This document shows, piece by piece, positions 60,470 to 64,000 of a stretch of 64,000 bases of DNA (position 1 is the stretch's first letter; every line of letters begins with the position of its first letter). The stretch is from NCBI GenBank assembly GCA_001600815.1, contig BCKZ01000012.1, positions 372,001-436,000 of the forward strand, in the 5' to 3' direction. A model generated the notes under the pieces. That model was not told the origin of the DNA. It saw only the letters and a list, made by a program, of their open reading frames with translations, and did not search any database. This DNA comes from Alloascoidea hylecoeti. Its lineage: Eukaryota. A program made the translations under genes and the position numbers.

Positions 60470-61327
60470 ATGCTCAAATCATTGGCTATATTTAGTCTTA
60501 TTTTATCATCATCTTTTAGATCAGTTTATGCCAACGAATATAGTATCGTCGGGACTTGGTCTTCAAAATCAAATACGGTTTTCACTGGGCCTGGGTTTTA
60601 TGATCCTATTGATGAACTATTACTAGAGCCAGATCTTCCGGGAATAAGTTATTCTTTTACTGAAGATGGGTTTTGGGAAGAAGCTTTATATATTGTTACT
60701 TCGAATCCACAAGAACCAAAATGTCCAACTGCGGTTTTAATTTATCAACATGGTGTTTATGAAACCCTTTCTAATGGTTCTTTATCTCTTCTTGCATTTG
60801 AAGTGGATGGAAGACAATTATTAAGTGATCCATGTGGTGATACAACTGATGAATCGGTATATTCAAGATATAGTCAAAATGAATTAATGAAAGATTATCA
60901 AGTATCAGTAGATTCTTATCATGGAAGATATAAATTACAGTTATATGAATGGGATGGTAATCCAAAACAACCAATGTATTTAGCTTATAAACCTCCAATG
61001 ATGTTACCAACAAAAGTTATGAATCCAACTGATACTTCTGATGAATCAAAAGCTTCTAAATTAATTAAATCAAAATCTACTATTGCTGCTAGTAATGTAA
61101 TTGATGATGATACAAGTGCTGCTGCTACCACTGCGGCTGATGCTGCAACTACTTCAACAACTGCTGCTGCTGTTAAAAGAATGAGTTTACGTCAAAGAGT
61201 AAGACGATCGTTAGAAAATAGAGGAAGAACAAGGGCTATTAAAAATACTGCAAGACAATATGATGCTTTATGGTGGGTAAGTGTTGGTTTAATTGCTATT
61301 GGTTCTGCATGTTGGATTTCATCTTAA
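60470..61327 (+). CDS. ROT1: ER membrane chaperone Rot1
   Basis: Signal peptide, GTWSSKSNTVFTGPGFYDP, DGRQLLSDPC, YLAYKPPMMLPT, C-terminal TM. Confidence 0.96.
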   Translation: MLKSLAIFSLILSSSFRSVYANEYSIVGTWSSKSNTVFTGPGFYDPIDELLLEPDLPGISYSFTEDGFWEEALYIVTSNPQEPKCPTAVLIYQHGVYETLSNGSLSLLAFEVDGRQLLSDPCGDTTDESVYSRYSQNELMKDYQVSVDSYHGRYKLQLYEWDGNPKQPMYLAYKPPMMLPTKVMNPTDTSDESKASKLIKSKSTIAASNVIDDDTSAAATTAADAATTSTTAAAVKRMSLRQRVRRSLENRGRTRAIKNTARQYDALWWVSVGLIAIGSACWISS

Positions 61328-61700
61328 AATAAAAAAGTTTCATTATCTTTATAACTGAAAANTTAAAACAACACTATACTATATATAATCATCTTCATTA
61401 AACTGTTTTCTGTTCATATTTTCATATATATATATATACTGTAACTGTTTATGGTATATGAATTTTTATAGTCACACATGATTGATCATACTTATAATTA
61501 TTTGTCATTGATATTTATATTTATATATTTTAAATCATTGATTTATCATGATCATTTATTCTTTCTTACATTCTTTTCTTTTTATGGTTTTTGTTTTAAA
61601 ACACATATAATATATAGTACAAGTAGTAAATTTAATGAAAAATAAAAACTTTAATTTATAATTAGTTGTATCTATCCAATTAATCATAATTAAATCATAA

Positions 61701-63338
61701 TTAAGGATAATTCTATTTCAGGATTATATCATATTTTTTTCATCATGTTTCAAATTCATATTAAGCTTGCAATTGTTTTAGTTTCAAATAGTTACTAATG
61801 AGATCATAGTCGTGTTTTCTTTTTTTTTTTAATATAGAATAACATAGTTTAGCGACATTACATTAGCCTTGATAGCTAAAATGTAACTTTAATCCCGTTC
61901 TTTTGAGTTTATGCCAATAATCGTAAAACACGATCCGCGATGAAAAATATTACTACAAATTAATTATAGGTTTTATAATCACCAGGATAGAGAGCACATA
62001 TACATGNCATCTCTGCAACTTCGTATACGTAGCTATAGAAGCAAATATTCTTCTTTGGTTTTATTTTAAAGATAATCCTAGACCTTTATCTTAAGAAGAT
62101 AATCGAAGATAATCGAATTTATACGATATATATATATATATATATATAAGTTTGTTTCATATGCCTATAATGAAAAGAAATTAAACACAAAAACATTTTT
62201 TAAAATTCATCATTATTTACAACTGCAATTGCAAGTTGTCTTCAAGCTACACAACAAGTATAATGTAGAAAATTTACTTTAGACAGCTGAATTATTGGAA
62301 CTATATAATGCTGACTTATAACTTAAATATGTATCGAAACCAGGCAAAAACATACTAACTGATTCCAGAAAGATGCAGGTCAGTATGAATATTCAATCCA
62401 GAAGAAGTCTTGAATAAATGCCATGAAAAACTCAACCGATTGAAAATACGTCTATTAATTCCACCAAAGATGCTGAGAAACAAGATATGAAGAGTTTGGC
62501 CCAGTTTGTGTTGGTGGAAGAATATTTGATTTCTGATGAGAAGACTGCTGCATCGGCGCTACTTCATACATATCATAGATGTTAGCCATGCAAGGCACTC
62601 ACTTAATCTAATTCAGGCGTGAGAATGTCTATTTTTAACATTGATGAAATCGGGGAAGTACTATGAACTTCGTACGAAGTAGTGATGATGCAGAATATGC
62701 CTCCATCTTTACGATATTCAACTTCAAAAGAGTTCTAAAATCTATAAAAAAAAAAGTTACAATAAACATCAATACATTTGATATAAGCAGTGAATAAATT
62801 TGTTAAATTTTACCTTATAATTATAGATGGAGAAACTCTCACCATCGTAACGTCTTTTTTGTTTAAATAATTAAGATTTATAGACTCATATATATTGATA
62901 AGCTTCTAGAGGAATTCAGATTGTGATTGGTCATAAATGTATAAATATATGTAACAATTGAAAGTTGAGTGATCCTAATGAAACTAACTCTAAAATTATA
63001 TATGAGGTACCAAATTCTGACTATGGCCACCATAGAAGTCATCAATAAAATTTAGAAGGTTATACGTAAAAGGAAAGTTATCATTGAAAACTGATCTATC
63101 ATATGGAATTGAAATAATTATTAGATTTCAATTTCCTAAATATCTTTCGACATCAACATTTTTGTTGTTGACNAGCTATTACCTGATAGCTGACAAGTTT
63201 TATTATAAGGGAAAATCTACTCTTTTTTTACATGTAGTCTGCTATCTAGTATGGCAATCTCCAAAGAAAAGAAAATGCGTATAAGGTTGTTAGGATGTTT
63301 TGAAATTCCGGGTAACCTTCTGCATCACGTGCGGACTG
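61701..63338 (-). pseudogene. Decayed near-full-length paralogue of the nuclease-kinase gene, including its upstream region
   Basis: 63262-63285 matches 10368-10391 at 23/24 nt; 63321-63338 is identical to 10408-10425 (18/18). Collinear short matches run through the body (tacct..gatagctga, tgatctatc, gtcatc, cttataa..ttaaa, tgtaacttt = KLH, attgtttta = KTI) down to a P* end at 61701 resembling LNP*. Confidence 0.75.
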
Positions 63339-63654
63339 TCAAACAACTAGACAGTATAGTAGACTAGAATTCTAGGATGATAAAGCGAGATTTCGTATAA
63401 CTAAAATAGTTAATTAATATAGGCTATACTAATCTATTTGATGACTGATAAGAGATCAGAGGGATGGGGTAGTAGTATGGTAAGTGTGGTATGAAGCGAG
63501 AATGGAATGTTAATGAGTTCCTCGCTGTAGGTANAGGATTAACTCTTGTTTCTATATTAATATGTCACCGACTAAAATCATAAGAACATGGTATAAATAA
63601 TTCATTATCATCATACTTCAAAATTTTAATTAAACTTCATATTTGTATCATAAT

Positions 63655-64000
63655 TTAAAATGCATCCATAGTATAATCATGTTCAATACCTGGAGTAACA
63701 CTTGAGATAAACTTTAAAAATATAACTAGATATTGATCTACTCTCACAACATCTTTTTGATCTTTAGCATCTTGTGCCGTTACACCAGAGATATCCTCCC
63801 ATTCATTATCATCATCATCTTTTATACTATTAGAAGAATTTGCAAGACCAAGTTTAGCCATACCATCAACTAACGACTTTCCCTTTTCTTTTTTCAGCTT
63901 AGACTCCTTTTCTCTACGTGAGGATTCAGTTCGACTAATTAAAACTCTCATAACGTTTGCATGACGGCAAGGATGAATTGATACCATTGTTAAATCATCA
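63655..64000 (-). CDS. ATG3: Autophagy E2-like enzyme Atg3, C-terminal part (runs off window)
   Basis: SIHPCRHA active site; [26 protein letters not shown]. Confidence 0.95.
   Translation of the reverse strand, partial: DDLTMVSIHPCRHANVMRVLISRTESSRREKESKLKKEKGKSLVDGMAKLGLANSSNSIKDDDDNEWEDISGVTAQDAKDQKDVVRVDQYLVIFLKFISSVTPGIEHDYTMDAF

Noticed and set aside
62280..62370. Plus-strand ADL*LKYVSKPGKNILTDS, resembling the end of a Ty3/gypsy RNase H
   Set aside because: No other pol motifs; the same DNA is better explained as the minus-strand nuclease-kinase relic.
358..63534. Scattered single 'n' bases, including three in the nuclease-kinase ORF
   Set aside because: Most likely masked ambiguous or heterozygous calls. 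The alleles at 8868, 9198 and 9558 should still be checked for stop codons.

Overview
AT-rich, intron-containing nuclear DNA from a budding yeast. O-GlcNAc transferase, Moco sulfurase, a Ste12 without C2H2 fingers and short GT-AG introns suggest an early-diverging Saccharomycotina lineage such as the Yarrowia/Dipodascales group; this placement is inferred. About 20 ordinary genes are present: RPL8, RPL29, a PQ-loop transporter, TCA17, IES6, Moco sulfurase, GLY1, an FN3/coiled-coil protein, MCM2, UBR7-like, Bsp1/DUF4045-like, VAN1, SAM35, STE12, OGT, IRC3, Cik1/Vik1-like, HFI1/ADA1, Cut12-like, a G1 cyclin, ROT1 and the 3' end of ATG3. The main finding is an intact, intronless 647-aa gene (8419-10362, minus) that fuses a PD-(D/E)xK nuclease-like domain to a minimal kinase and ends in an NLS, the architecture of Spok and Crinkler-type proteins. 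Decayed relatives, invisible on the ORF track, appear to fill most of the large intergenic gaps. Support is clear at 61.7-63.3 kb (shared upstream 24-bp and 18-bp blocks), probable at 38.1-40.2 kb, and tentative at 19.6-20.7, 36.7-37.9 and 16.7-16.9 kb. The intact copy sits in a disrupted 11-kb zone with a PDS5 pseudogene, an inverted duplicate of the PDS5 3' end, an AVT2 pseudogene and a Tc1-like transposase relic. All alignments were made by eye and need computational confirmation.
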